Below are positions 48,332 through 56,689 of a stretch of DNA of 64,000 nucleotides, piece after piece; the stretch's first letter is position 1; each line of letters starts with the position of its first letter. The notes under the pieces are model-generated. The model was given only the letters and a program-made list of their open reading frames with translations. It did no database searches and was not told the DNA's origin. This DNA comes from Candidatus Iainarchaeum sp. (GTDB lineage Archaea; Iainarchaeota; Iainarchaeia; Iainarchaeales; UBA10219). Where the stretch lies: the NCBI GenBank assembly GCA_018304425.1, contig JAGVWE010000003.1, positions 96,001-160,000 of the forward strand, written 5' to 3'. The position numbers were made by a program, and so were the translations under genes.

Positions 48332-49600
48332 TCACTCGTACCGGAGCGCGTCCACGGGATGCAAGCTCGCAGCCTGCCGGGCCGGCACCGCGCCGGCAAC
48401 CACGCCGACCACGGTGGAAAAAGCGATGGCGGCCAGCACCAGCAAGGGATTAACGACCGTGGTAATGCCTCCGCTGCTCCCCGGTCCCGGCAGGAGGCCC
48501 ACGCCCAGCAACGGCAGGGACAAGGCGATGAGGCTGCCGAGGACCGCGCCAATCACGCCGCCCACGAAACCGAACAACGCGGTCTCGATGAGGAACAACC
48601 GCAGGATTTCCTCGTTGCTGGAACCAAGTGCCTTCAGGATGCCGATTTCCTTGGTCTTCTCCAGCACCGAAGTGAACATGCTGTTCGCAATGCCAATCGA
48701 ACCCACGACCAATGAAACCGCGGCGATGGCCAGCAAGAACAAGACCAGGGTGCCGGTGACATCCGTTACCCGTTGCCGGATGGCCTCCGTGGAACTCACC
48801 GTGAAGTCCTTGTCGCGTTCCGTGACATGACGCGAAACCATGAGGCGCTGCTCAACGGCCTTCGCAGCCTCGGCCGAGTCGCTTCCCGCCACGAGCTTGA
48901 CCTGGATGCCCGTGAACTCGTCTTCCGCAATGCCTTCCAGGAGGGCCTGGGCGGTCTCGTTCACCATGAAGGCCATCGAGTCATCCGAGCCGTTCAAGGA
49001 CTCGCGGAGGATGCCGACCACGCGGAAGGACCGCTTGTTCAGCACCAACAGGTTGCCGACCGCGAGCTTCTTCTTGAAGACCTCGTTGGCAATCCGCCAC
49101 CCCACCACGACGCCATCCCGGTCGGCGGGCGTGAGATAGCGGCCCGAAGCCACTTCCGTGGTGTTGATGAGGCGCCAGGTCACCGGGTTGATGCCTTGCA
49201 CGGACACCGTGGATTCCTCGGCCAGGAACGACGCGGTCGCATTGCCCCGCACCACTTCATTGATGAACGCGACCTGGGGAATGGCTTTGAGGGCCAGCAC
49301 GTCGCGGTCCGTGAGCGGCTCACTGGACGAAGCCGCAACCCCTCCGCCCCCGGGGATGCCGCCGCCGCGGAACTCGCCGAAGGTGCGGCTGGCCCGCGAA
49401 AAGCCGGGGCTGACGTTGATGATGTCGGCTCCCAGGCCGCTCAGGCGCTGGTTGACGCTGGCCTGGGCTCCCTCCCCAATGGAGATGATGGCCACCACGG
49501 CAGCAACCCCAATGATGATGCCGAGGAGGGTGAGCCACGAACGCAGCCTCCGGTGGAGGAGACTGTTCACAGCCAGGTTCACGGAGTCTTGGAACTTCAT
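48332..49600 (-). CDS. MacB/FtsX-type ABC transporter permease
   Basis: RSWLTLLGIIIGV, GIANSMFTSVLEKTKEIGILKALG, PARQAA.L.PVDALRYE. Confidence 0.95.
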   Translation of the reverse strand: MKFQDSVNLAVNSLLHRRLRSWLTLLGIIIGVAAVVAIISIGEGAQASVNQRLSGLGADIINVSPGFSRASRTFGEFRGGGIPGGGGVAASSSEPLTDRDVLALKAIPQVAFINEVVRGNATASFLAEESTVSVQGINPVTWRLINTTEVASGRYLTPADRDGVVVGWRIANEVFKKKLAVGNLLVLNKRSFRVVGILRESLNGSDDSMAFMVNETAQALLEGIAEDEFTGIQVKLVAGSDSAEAAKAVEQRLMVSRHVTERDKDFTVSSTEAIRQRVTDVTGTLVLFLLAIAAVSLVVGSIGIANSMFTSVLEKTKEIGILKALGSSNEEILRLFLIETALFGFVGGVIGAVLGSLIALSLPLLGVGLLPGPGSSGGITTVVNPLLVLAAIAFSTVVGVVAGAVPARQAASLHPVDALRYE

Positions 49601-49604
49601 GCCC

Positions 49605-50854
49605 TCACTTGCCTGCTCTCTTGCGCTTTTTCAGGTAGAGGTAGTAGGCACCGCCCACCCCGACGAGTACGACCAGTGCAGGCAGCCAGGGAAAGCCGCC
49701 CTGCCTGGCCTGGCCCATGGCCTGCCCGCCTTCCGTGGAGGGCTGCCACAGGCTCTGGGGCAGGAAGTGCACGGTTTTCTTGACGGTCTGCCGTTCCCCC
49801 GTGGTATCGGTGTAGGTTATCTCGACCTGGAGGTCGGCAAACTTGGATTCCCCTGCCGGAGGCAAGGCATTGGTTTGCAGGAAGCCGCCCTGCCGGGCCT
49901 GCCTACGCGCTTCCGCTGTCCCACTGGTCGGCTCGATGCGAAAAGAGGCAATCGTGAAGTCGCCGCGGTTGAGGTTGCCGAGCACGGCCGTGTCAAAGCC
50001 CTGCGTCGAAAAATGGGCCTGCTCGGGGATGCGCACCACGATGCCTTCCGCGTTGTTGGAGCCGATGTTCGCAATCGACAGGGAGACCTGGTTGTTGCCG
50101 GTTTCCTGGAGGCTCACGTCGAAGTCCGTCGTTCCCCCGACCACGAACCCGATTTTGGAAGTAAGCGTGTTGGTGGAAGCCGATTCGTCATTGTACGTGA
50201 TGTTCGTGTCGAAGGCGTTCACGCCCGGCGTGATGTTGGGGTCAACGGCCACCAGGAACGTGACCTCGGCCTGCTTGCCTGCTCCCAGGGAGGCGACAGG
50301 TTGATGTTGGACAAGACGTTGTTGCTGGTGTTGGACAAGGTGAACTTCACGTCCACCTTCCGACCCGGCAGCAAAACCACGGGCTCGACCTTCAATTCCA
50401 GGTTTTTCCGCGCCTTGTTGACGGGGATGGTGATGGTCTTGATGTCTTCCACTACTTCCTTTTCCACGTTTTCCGCGACGACGTTCATGCTCTTGTAGTT
50501 GATGCGGATGTTCAGGCTGTAAACGCCGGGCAAGGCGTCTTCCCTGATGCGGAACTTGAACAGGACGGTCTGCGTGATGTTGGGCCGGATGTTGTCCAGG
50601 CTGCTTTCCACGTCCAGGCCCTCGAACTCGGCCGGCAGCACCAGCTCGGCCTTGAGGTCCTTGGCCATGTTGACCATACCCTTGTTGTGGAGTTGCACGG
50701 ACAAGCTGACCGTGTCCCCCACGTACACCTCGACCGGCAGGATGGAATAGTCGTCCTGGATGTTGATGACTTTGGCCGCCTCGATGTAGGCCGCATGGGC
50801 CGGCAGCGCCAGCCACGCCAGGGCCAATAAACCGATTACTGTTTTCATCTGCAT
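49605..50854 (-). pseudogene. COG1361-type S-layer-domain protein, frameshifted near 50295
   Basis: The N-half (signal peptide, Ig-like, ORF 50219..50878) and the C-half (SLGAGKQAEVTF...TM-KKRKR, ORF 49605..50891) lie in different frames; sits between ABC ATPase and permease. Confidence 0.8.
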
Positions 50855-50874
50855 GTCCGTTCCTCCTTTGAGCG

Positions 50875-51546
50875 TCAAACAATCCGTCCATCCCTCACGT
50901 GCACTACGCGTTCCGCGTAGTCCGCGATGTCGGGTTCGTGCGTGATGACCACAATGGTGCGGCCCTGCTTCTCGTGCAAGCCGACCAAGAAATCCATGAT
51001 TTCGTCCTTGGTCGCGGAGTCCACGTTGCCGGTGGGTTCGTCCGCGAGGATGAGCGGTGGGCCAGTTGACAGGGCGCGCGCGATGGCCACGCGTTGGCGT
51101 TCCCCTCCGGAGAGCTGGGCCGGGAAATGAGTCAACCGGTGCCCAAGGCCCACCAGCTTCAAGAGCTTCCGGGCGCGTTCCCCCATTTCCTGTTCGCCGA
51201 AGTCATGGATGCGGAGGGGCAGCAACACGTTTTCGAGGACGTTGAGGGTGGGGTATAAGTTGAACATCTGGAAGATGAAGCCGATTTTGCGGCCCCGGAT
51301 ACGGGCCAACTCGCTTTCGCGGAGGCTGGAAACCGGTTGCCCATCCAGCCAGACCTCGCCCCGCGTGGGAACGTCCAGGCAACCGATGAGGTTCAACAGG
51401 GTGGACTTGCCCGAGCCGCTGGGCCCCATGACGGCCACGAACTCCCCTGGCTTGACTGCAAGGTTGACGCCCCGCACGGCCTGGACTTCGACTTCCTCCA
51501 TTTGATAGGTCTTCCAGACGTTTCGCAATTCGATGACCGGCCGCAT
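50875..51546 (-). CDS. LolD/MacB-type ABC transporter ATP-binding protein
   Basis: [28 protein letters not shown]. Confidence 0.97.
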   Translation of the reverse strand: MRPVIELRNVWKTYQMEEVEVQAVRGVNLAVKPGEFVAVMGPSGSGKSTLLNLIGCLDVPTRGEVWLDGQPVSSLRESELARIRGRKIGFIFQMFNLYPTLNVLENVLLPLRIHDFGEQEMGERARKLLKLVGLGHRLTHFPAQLSGGERQRVAIARALSTGPPLILADEPTGNVDSATKDEIMDFLVGLHEKQGRTIVVITHEPDIADYAERVVHVRDGRIV

Positions 51547-51583
51547 GGTTTAAATGTAGGACGCAACCCTTAATATACGTTGA

Positions 51584-52138
51584 GTGAAACCAGTTGAAAC
51601 GGGAAACGAGGTGAAACGACTGATGTCGACGGCGAAAAGGCACTCGTATGTCATGGTATTGGCCTTCTTGTATGCCGGCTTCTCCCTGGTTTTAACACTG
51701 CTGGTGGTGTACCACCTCTTCTGGCGCCCGGAGGGCGGCGGCTTTGGCTTCCTGCCCCCGGGTGGCCGCGGTCACTCTCCCCTGTCTCCCTGGGCCTTAA
51801 TCACTTCCGCGCCCTTCGTGGTGCTCTTGGCCGGCGGCCTCATCTCCCTATTCGCCGGCTACTCGATTTGGCAGTTGACGCGCAAAAAAGAGGTCCACGC
51901 GGCCCGGCACGGCGTCATGAACGCGTTACTGTTGCCCAATGAAGCCCGCCTCATCGGGTTGTTGAAGGCCTCCGAGAACGGCTTGACGCAGTCCAGGCTA
52001 GTGGTGGAGTCCGGCCTCTCCAAGGTGCAAGTGCACCGCATCGTCAAGAAACTGGAATCCCAGGACATCCTCTCCAAGCACAAGTACGGCTTGACCAACA
52101 AGCTCGTGCTCGCCAAGGACTACGCGGAACCAGCGTGA
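51584..52138 (+). CDS. Membrane-bound winged-helix regulator
   Basis: Two TM helices, then GLTQSRLV..SGLSKVQVHRIVKKLE...YGLTNKL; divergent from the ABC operon. Confidence 0.85.
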   Translation: MKPVETGNEVKRLMSTAKRHSYVMVLAFLYAGFSLVLTLLVVYHLFWRPEGGGFGFLPPGGRGHSPLSPWALITSAPFVVLLAGGLISLFAGYSIWQLTRKKEVHAARHGVMNALLLPNEARLIGLLKASENGLTQSRLVVESGLSKVQVHRIVKKLESQDILSKHKYGLTNKLVLAKDYAEPA

Positions 52139-52151
52139 CGTCCGGCTTCGC

Positions 52152-52571
52152 TCAGGCCTTCGCCTTCTCTCCAAAGCACATTTCCGTTTTCGACTCGGTG
52201 CCTGGGACGCTGAAGACCACGCAGCCGTTGCCGACCGCTTTTTCGTTGCCCCTAAAGTGCTCCAGCGCGGTCTCGTCCAGGTAAAAGTCGGCCGTGACAG
52301 TCGAGTCCTTGGCTATGAGGTGGCAGAGCTTCCCTGCGCCCTCCAACCGGTCGCTGGAATAGTCCTCCAAGCCCACGATGGAAGGCATGTAATACTTCAT
52401 GCCAATTTGGTCACCGGGTTGGCACCATTGGCCGCCAAGGCTTCCGCCCTTCAAGCCCTTCATGGTTTGGGTGATGTCCTTGGACGAACAGCCGGCAAGC
52501 AGCAAAAGCAGGAGCAACAAACCCATTGCAAGCCAAGCGCGTTTCACGTCACTCACCTTTCCTGAACTCAA
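52152..52571 (-). CDS. Putative lipoprotein
   Basis: LLLLAGC lipobox-like signal. Confidence 0.65.
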   Translation of the reverse strand: MSSGKVSDVKRAWLAMGLLLLLLLLAGCSSKDITQTMKGLKGGSLGGQWCQPGDQIGMKYYMPSIVGLEDYSSDRLEGAGKLCHLIAKDSTVTADFYLDETALEHFRGNEKAVGNGCVVFSVPGTESKTEMCFGEKAKA

Positions 52572-53847
52572 AGTACTGCGAGGAAATGCCGATGCTGTTC
52601 AAAATGCTGGTAGAAGTCTCGGAACCGCTGGGGCTCGTGCCTCCCGTGGGCACCAACTGGAAGTAGGTGCAGTCGCTGCTCGTGGAGAGGTTGCCGCGCA
52701 CCGTGTAAGGCTCGGCAATCGAGCCCGTCATGGTAAAGGCCTTGTCGTCAAACGAACCCGAGAGATAGGCCACGGCGCCCGGAATGTTGTTGTATTCGTT
52801 GAAGACCGAGGCCTGGAAGCCCTGGTTGGAGCCCGTGACCTCGGCCCGACCCACCTTGAGACTGCCCTGCACCCAGTTCCAGGTGCCCATGAAGCTGCAG
52901 GCGGCCTCCGGTGGCTGCGCGGGAGGCAACTCGACGGGGGGCCGCTTGACGGGAGGGAGCGGCGGTTGGGTGGGCGGCTGTTCCGTGGGCGGGTAGTAGG
53001 GCGGTTGCTCGGCAGGCGGCGTGTATGGCGGCTGCGGAGGCGTTTCCATGCTTTCCCCTTTCTTGAGGACGGACTGCAGCAAGTCCACGAGTTGCTGGGT
53101 GCGCTCGGGGCCCAAGGCGTTCAAGAGCTGGCGGAGGTTCCGCGTGTTGTGGACGAAGTGCGCGTAAATGAGTTCGCTCATCATCGAGTCCAAGCCCGGG
53201 ACGAGGAAGGTGTCGCCGCGGGGCGCGTATTTTATGAGGGACTTTATTTCGTCGGGCGCGTGCTCGACCATCAACTCCATGACGTCGTCGGGGATGCTGG
53301 ACACCAGGCGCTTGAGGTTTTCCTTCACCGTCTTCGGGTCGAGGCAGACCGTGTGCAGGTCGTCAAACTGGCCCTCGCATTCGCACTTTTTTCCGTTCAC
53401 CGAGAGGGAGGAGTTCGCGGGGCAGCCGTCGTCGCGGCCGTGGACGTAGAAATTGTAGAAGAATTCCTCGAGGTCGCGGCCCTGCGCGCGGACGGCGTTG
53501 CAGACGGCCGAAAACTTATCGCCATAGTGAAGCGGCCGGCACTGGCCGCTGGCAAAGCATTTATTGCAGTCCTTGACCAGGACTTCGGCTTCCGTTTCGG
53601 CGTCAATGGGTCGTCCGTCATCAGAGTAACCGCCGGGGCCATACTTCCAGGGCTCCTGGATGCATTGCTGGCTGCACTTGTTCAGAACCTTCCACTCGCA
53701 TTGCACGAACTTCTGGCAAGCCTTGGCGCATTCCGCGGCGCAGACCGCGTAAAGGGCGCGGTCCTTGGAAACGGTGTAGTTGGCTGCCCAGACAGAAGCC
53801 GCAAGCAAGACCAAAAACGCTCCCACTAACCCCCAACCATGCTTCAT
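52549..53847 (-). CDS. Secreted protein: Cys-rich N-domain, Pro-rich linker, beta-rich C-domain
   Basis: Signal peptide; about 14 Cys; EQPP-type repeats. Confidence 0.75.
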   Translation of the reverse strand: MKHGWGLVGAFLVLLAASVWAANYTVSKDRALYAVCAAECAKACQKFVQCEWKVLNKCSQQCIQEPWKYGPGGYSDDGRPIDAETEAEVLVKDCNKCFASGQCRPLHYGDKFSAVCNAVRAQGRDLEEFFYNFYVHGRDDGCPANSSLSVNGKKCECEGQFDDLHTVCLDPKTVKENLKRLVSSIPDDVMELMVEHAPDEIKSLIKYAPRGDTFLVPGLDSMMSELIYAHFVHNTRNLRQLLNALGPERTQQLVDLLQSVLKKGESMETPPQPPYTPPAEQPPYYPPTEQPPTQPPLPPVKRPPVELPPAQPPEAACSFMGTWNWVQGSLKVGRAEVTGSNQGFQASVFNEYNNIPGAVAYLSGSFDDKAFTMTGSIAEPYTVRGNLSTSSDCTYFQLVPTGGTSPSGSETSTSILNSIGISSQYFEFRKGE

Positions 53848-53957
53848 GGGCTTGGCCCACGGAATAACGTTGACCCCGTATTTATAGGTTTCGTTCGGGG
53901 TTAGGCGGGCTCATAGGGCCGCAAAAGGAATAAATAGGCGGGCGGCATAATGCATGC

Positions 53958-54902
53958 ATGCGACGCATGCCGCCAGCCAAACGCCGGCCTTACCCCAACG
54001 CTTCCAACCTCGCCCCGGAAATCGCCGAACGTGGCAGGGCCTTTGACGACGCACCCGAACCCGGGCCACGTACGCGCAGGCAAGTCATCGCTGACGCCAA
54101 AGCCTACCTGCGCGCGGCAAGCACGGTGAAGAACAGGACGCCCGAACAGATACTGGATATCAAGCGGGCACGGCAGCGGCAAATGAGGAACCGGCGATGG
54201 CATCCAAGGTGGCGCTTGAAGAACCTCCTGAAACACGATGCAGAACTCCGCAAGGCCTACCACCGGCTGGGCCCCGCAACGCATGATTCCCCAAAACGCA
54301 TCCTGGGCAGGGCGCTTGCCGTCGCAGAAGCCGCAGAAATCGCAAGAGGGGGAACGGGGCGCACGGCCGTGCGGAGGGTCTTGGCCAAGCTACGGGCACA
54401 CTGGCCCCCCTATGTGACGGTAGCCGCCATGGCAGAGCTTAACCGAGCGGATCCGACTACCCGGCGGTTCACCCGCATCCGCAGCGAGAACCTGGCCAAC
54501 CCCAGCCAATTTCCAAAAGAAAAAAAGAACCGCATCGTGACTGCTTGGGAAACCGCGGGCAAGGAAATCAAGGGTGCCTGGCGGCGGCTGCGAGCGGAAG
54601 ATCGAAAGATATCGCTGGGCGACATCAGCTGGGTGCTGGTCGAACGCGGACTGAAAAGGCTGCCGCCCCGCAGGGACTCCCATCAGGCCTTTTTCACGGG
54701 ACTCACCAGCGAGCGAACACGGCCACTTGGGCTCTCACCGTTCCAGACCCTCGTGCTGGCCGAACTCCGGACTCCACAGTCCATCGTGGAGATTGCCGTG
54801 AAACTCGGCGTGGACCCGGCACAGGTGTCCCGCGCCCGCCTACGAATCCTGAGAAAGGCCGGCGTGTGGCGCCCTGAAAGACACCGGTCACCGGGAAGAT
54901 AG
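53958..54902 (+). CDS. Very basic protein with C-terminal HTH
   Basis: LSPFQ...SIVEIAVKLGVDPAQVSRARLRILRK (sigma-r4/LuxR-like HTH). Confidence 0.6.
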   Translation: MRRMPPAKRRPYPNASNLAPEIAERGRAFDDAPEPGPRTRRQVIADAKAYLRAASTVKNRTPEQILDIKRARQRQMRNRRWHPRWRLKNLLKHDAELRKAYHRLGPATHDSPKRILGRALAVAEAAEIARGGTGRTAVRRVLAKLRAHWPPYVTVAAMAELNRADPTTRRFTRIRSENLANPSQFPKEKKNRIVTAWETAGKEIKGAWRRLRAEDRKISLGDISWVLVERGLKRLPPRRDSHQAFFTGLTSERTRPLGLSPFQTLVLAELRTPQSIVEIAVKLGVDPAQVSRARLRILRKAGVWRPERHRSPGR

Positions 54903-54955
54903 CCTGCACCTTTAAATAGTTCCTCGGCCCAGATGGTATAGCTCCCAAGAATTGT

Positions 54956-55327
54956 TTGAATCCAGTGATTGCCTTGCAGGTTGGAGAGTTGCGGCCTTAC
55001 GCGAAAAAAGTGGAAGTAATCGTCAAAGTACTCGACAAGAACGAGGCCAGGGAAGTCCACTCCAAGCTTGACAACCGAAACCACTCCGTCACCGAGGCGC
55101 TCGTCGGGGATTCCTCGGGAACCATCCTGCTCACTCTCTGGGATGACGCCATCGACAAGCTCGTCACCGGCAAATGCTACAAGCTCTCCAACGCCTTCAC
55201 GTCTCTCTTCAAGAACACGCTGCGCTTGAACCTCGGCAGGTACGGCAAGCTCGAAGATCACCCCGAAGACGTGGCAGCCAACGCCCACCACAACCTGTCC
55301 GAGAAAGAGTTCGAGGGCCGAGGGTAA
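54956..55327 (+). CDS. ssb: Single OB-fold single-stranded DNA-binding protein
   Basis: VTEALVGDSSGTILLTLWD...NAFTSLFKNTLRLNLGRYG. Confidence 0.9.
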   Translation: MNPVIALQVGELRPYAKKVEVIVKVLDKNEAREVHSKLDNRNHSVTEALVGDSSGTILLTLWDDAIDKLVTGKCYKLSNAFTSLFKNTLRLNLGRYGKLEDHPEDVAANAHHNLSEKEFEGRG

Positions 55328-55346
55328 GGTTGCGGGCCGGCGGGCT

Positions 55347-56336
55347 TCAGGACGGGAGTTCCTGGCCGGGAAACTTGGCGGCGAAACGGCGACGCAGTTC
55401 GACCACGTCTGCCCGGCTGAAATGGGCCGGGTGGGTGCGCAAGAGCCTCGAGAGCGCGGTGACGTCGGCCCCTCCAGGATTCCGGGCACTGGCCAAAAGG
55501 AGTGCGGCAGCCCGGACATAGTGCTTTTTTTCATAGGCCTTCGCAATGGCAGCGGCATAGCGGTTCTTCGGGGACTGGATTCTACCGGGACGCTTCCGAG
55601 AAAGCGAATAGGGCACTTCGGGGAGCGGCTCGTGGAAGCGCAGACGATAATTCCGCCGGACAATCTCTCGCTCGGTCTCCCTCAGCGGGGTCTCCAAAGA
55701 GGCGTTCCCGAAGATCAGCCGGATCTTGATTCTCGCCCCTGGAGTGCCTTCGAGGATATACCATTGCAACGCATCGAACACCCTTCCATCCCTCATCGCG
55801 GCTGCCCCCTCTTCCTCGTATCGCTCGGCCGGCCGAAGCATGCTGCTCAGCGACCTGGTGGTCTCAGGCTCGACGTAGCGAGGACTCACGTCCCCAGATG
55901 AAAGCCATGCGCGCACGCGCTCCGACATCCGGTGGATGGTGCCGAACTCGTCGCAATAGGGGCCGAGCGCCTCGACGAGTTCCCTCGCTTTTTCGTGGTC
56001 GGTCTTCGCCAGGTGCTCCGCGACCGCCAGGGCCTTCTGCTGCAGGTAACGTCTGAAGGTCTGCCTGACGCTGGCGTCGCGGATGGCGAGGAAGTTCTCG
56101 GCCAAGCGGAACCACTTGTACACGTCCGGGACCTCGACCCCGGTGTTCCGGAAGAAGGTCCGTGCCCTCCGCTCCGCGAGCTCGTGCCGGCCGTGCAGGA
56201 AATCTAAGTCCACGGCAGCGGAGACCGCATCGAGGGCCTTGGAGAGAGTCCTCTGCAGGGTTACCCGTTTCGCCTCAGGCAGTTTCCCACGCCCGCGGGT
56301 GAGGCCATGCCGTGCCCTGGAGGGAATCGCCGCCAT
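55347..56336 (-). CDS. Basic alpha-helical hypothetical protein
   Basis: 329-aa ORF, Arg-rich, AT box upstream. Confidence 0.6.
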   Translation of the reverse strand: MAAIPSRARHGLTRGRGKLPEAKRVTLQRTLSKALDAVSAAVDLDFLHGRHELAERRARTFFRNTGVEVPDVYKWFRLAENFLAIRDASVRQTFRRYLQQKALAVAEHLAKTDHEKARELVEALGPYCDEFGTIHRMSERVRAWLSSGDVSPRYVEPETTRSLSSMLRPAERYEEEGAAAMRDGRVFDALQWYILEGTPGARIKIRLIFGNASLETPLRETEREIVRRNYRLRFHEPLPEVPYSLSRKRPGRIQSPKNRYAAAIAKAYEKKHYVRAAALLLASARNPGGADVTALSRLLRTHPAHFSRADVVELRRRFAAKFPGQELPS

Positions 56337-56592
56337 GCAAAAACTAGCCTCCGCCCCCCTATTTAATCGTTTCGAGTAGGGGGGTGGACGGGACCAAGGC
56401 CCGGAGCACTCCTTAAAACCCTTTCTCCCCCCAAACTGAGTCTATGAACGGCAGAAGGGATCTAGAAATACTCCGGCAAATACCTCTCAGAAGGGGCCTT
56501 CGGCAAATTCTGCGGTACTAGCGCCGCGCCCAGCCGTTCGAATACCCCGTTTTTTAAACCTGTTTCCCTTGAAAACAATGGAACTAGGCCCG

Positions 56593-56666
56593 GGGCCCGT
56601 AGCTCAGCCTGGCAGAGCATTGGTCTTATACACCAAGCGCCGGCGGTTCAAATCCGCCCGGGCCCA
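56593..56666 (+). tRNA. tRNA-Ile(UAU), intronless, CCA not encoded
   Basis: Acceptor GGGCCCG/CGGGCCC plus discriminator A; D-arm GCTC/GAGC; anticodon stem TTGGT/ACCAA with loop CT-TAT-AC; T-arm GGCGG-TTCAAAT-CCGCC; TTTTTAAA box about 35 nt upstream. Confidence 0.95.
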
Positions 56667-56689
56667 TTCCAGCGCGAGGCGCTCAACCC

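Noticed and set aside
56440-56545. RNase P RNA (CAGAAGGGGCCTT resembles the 3' strand of P4)
   Set aside because: Too short, and lacks a convincing GAGGAAxxUCC 5' P4 strand
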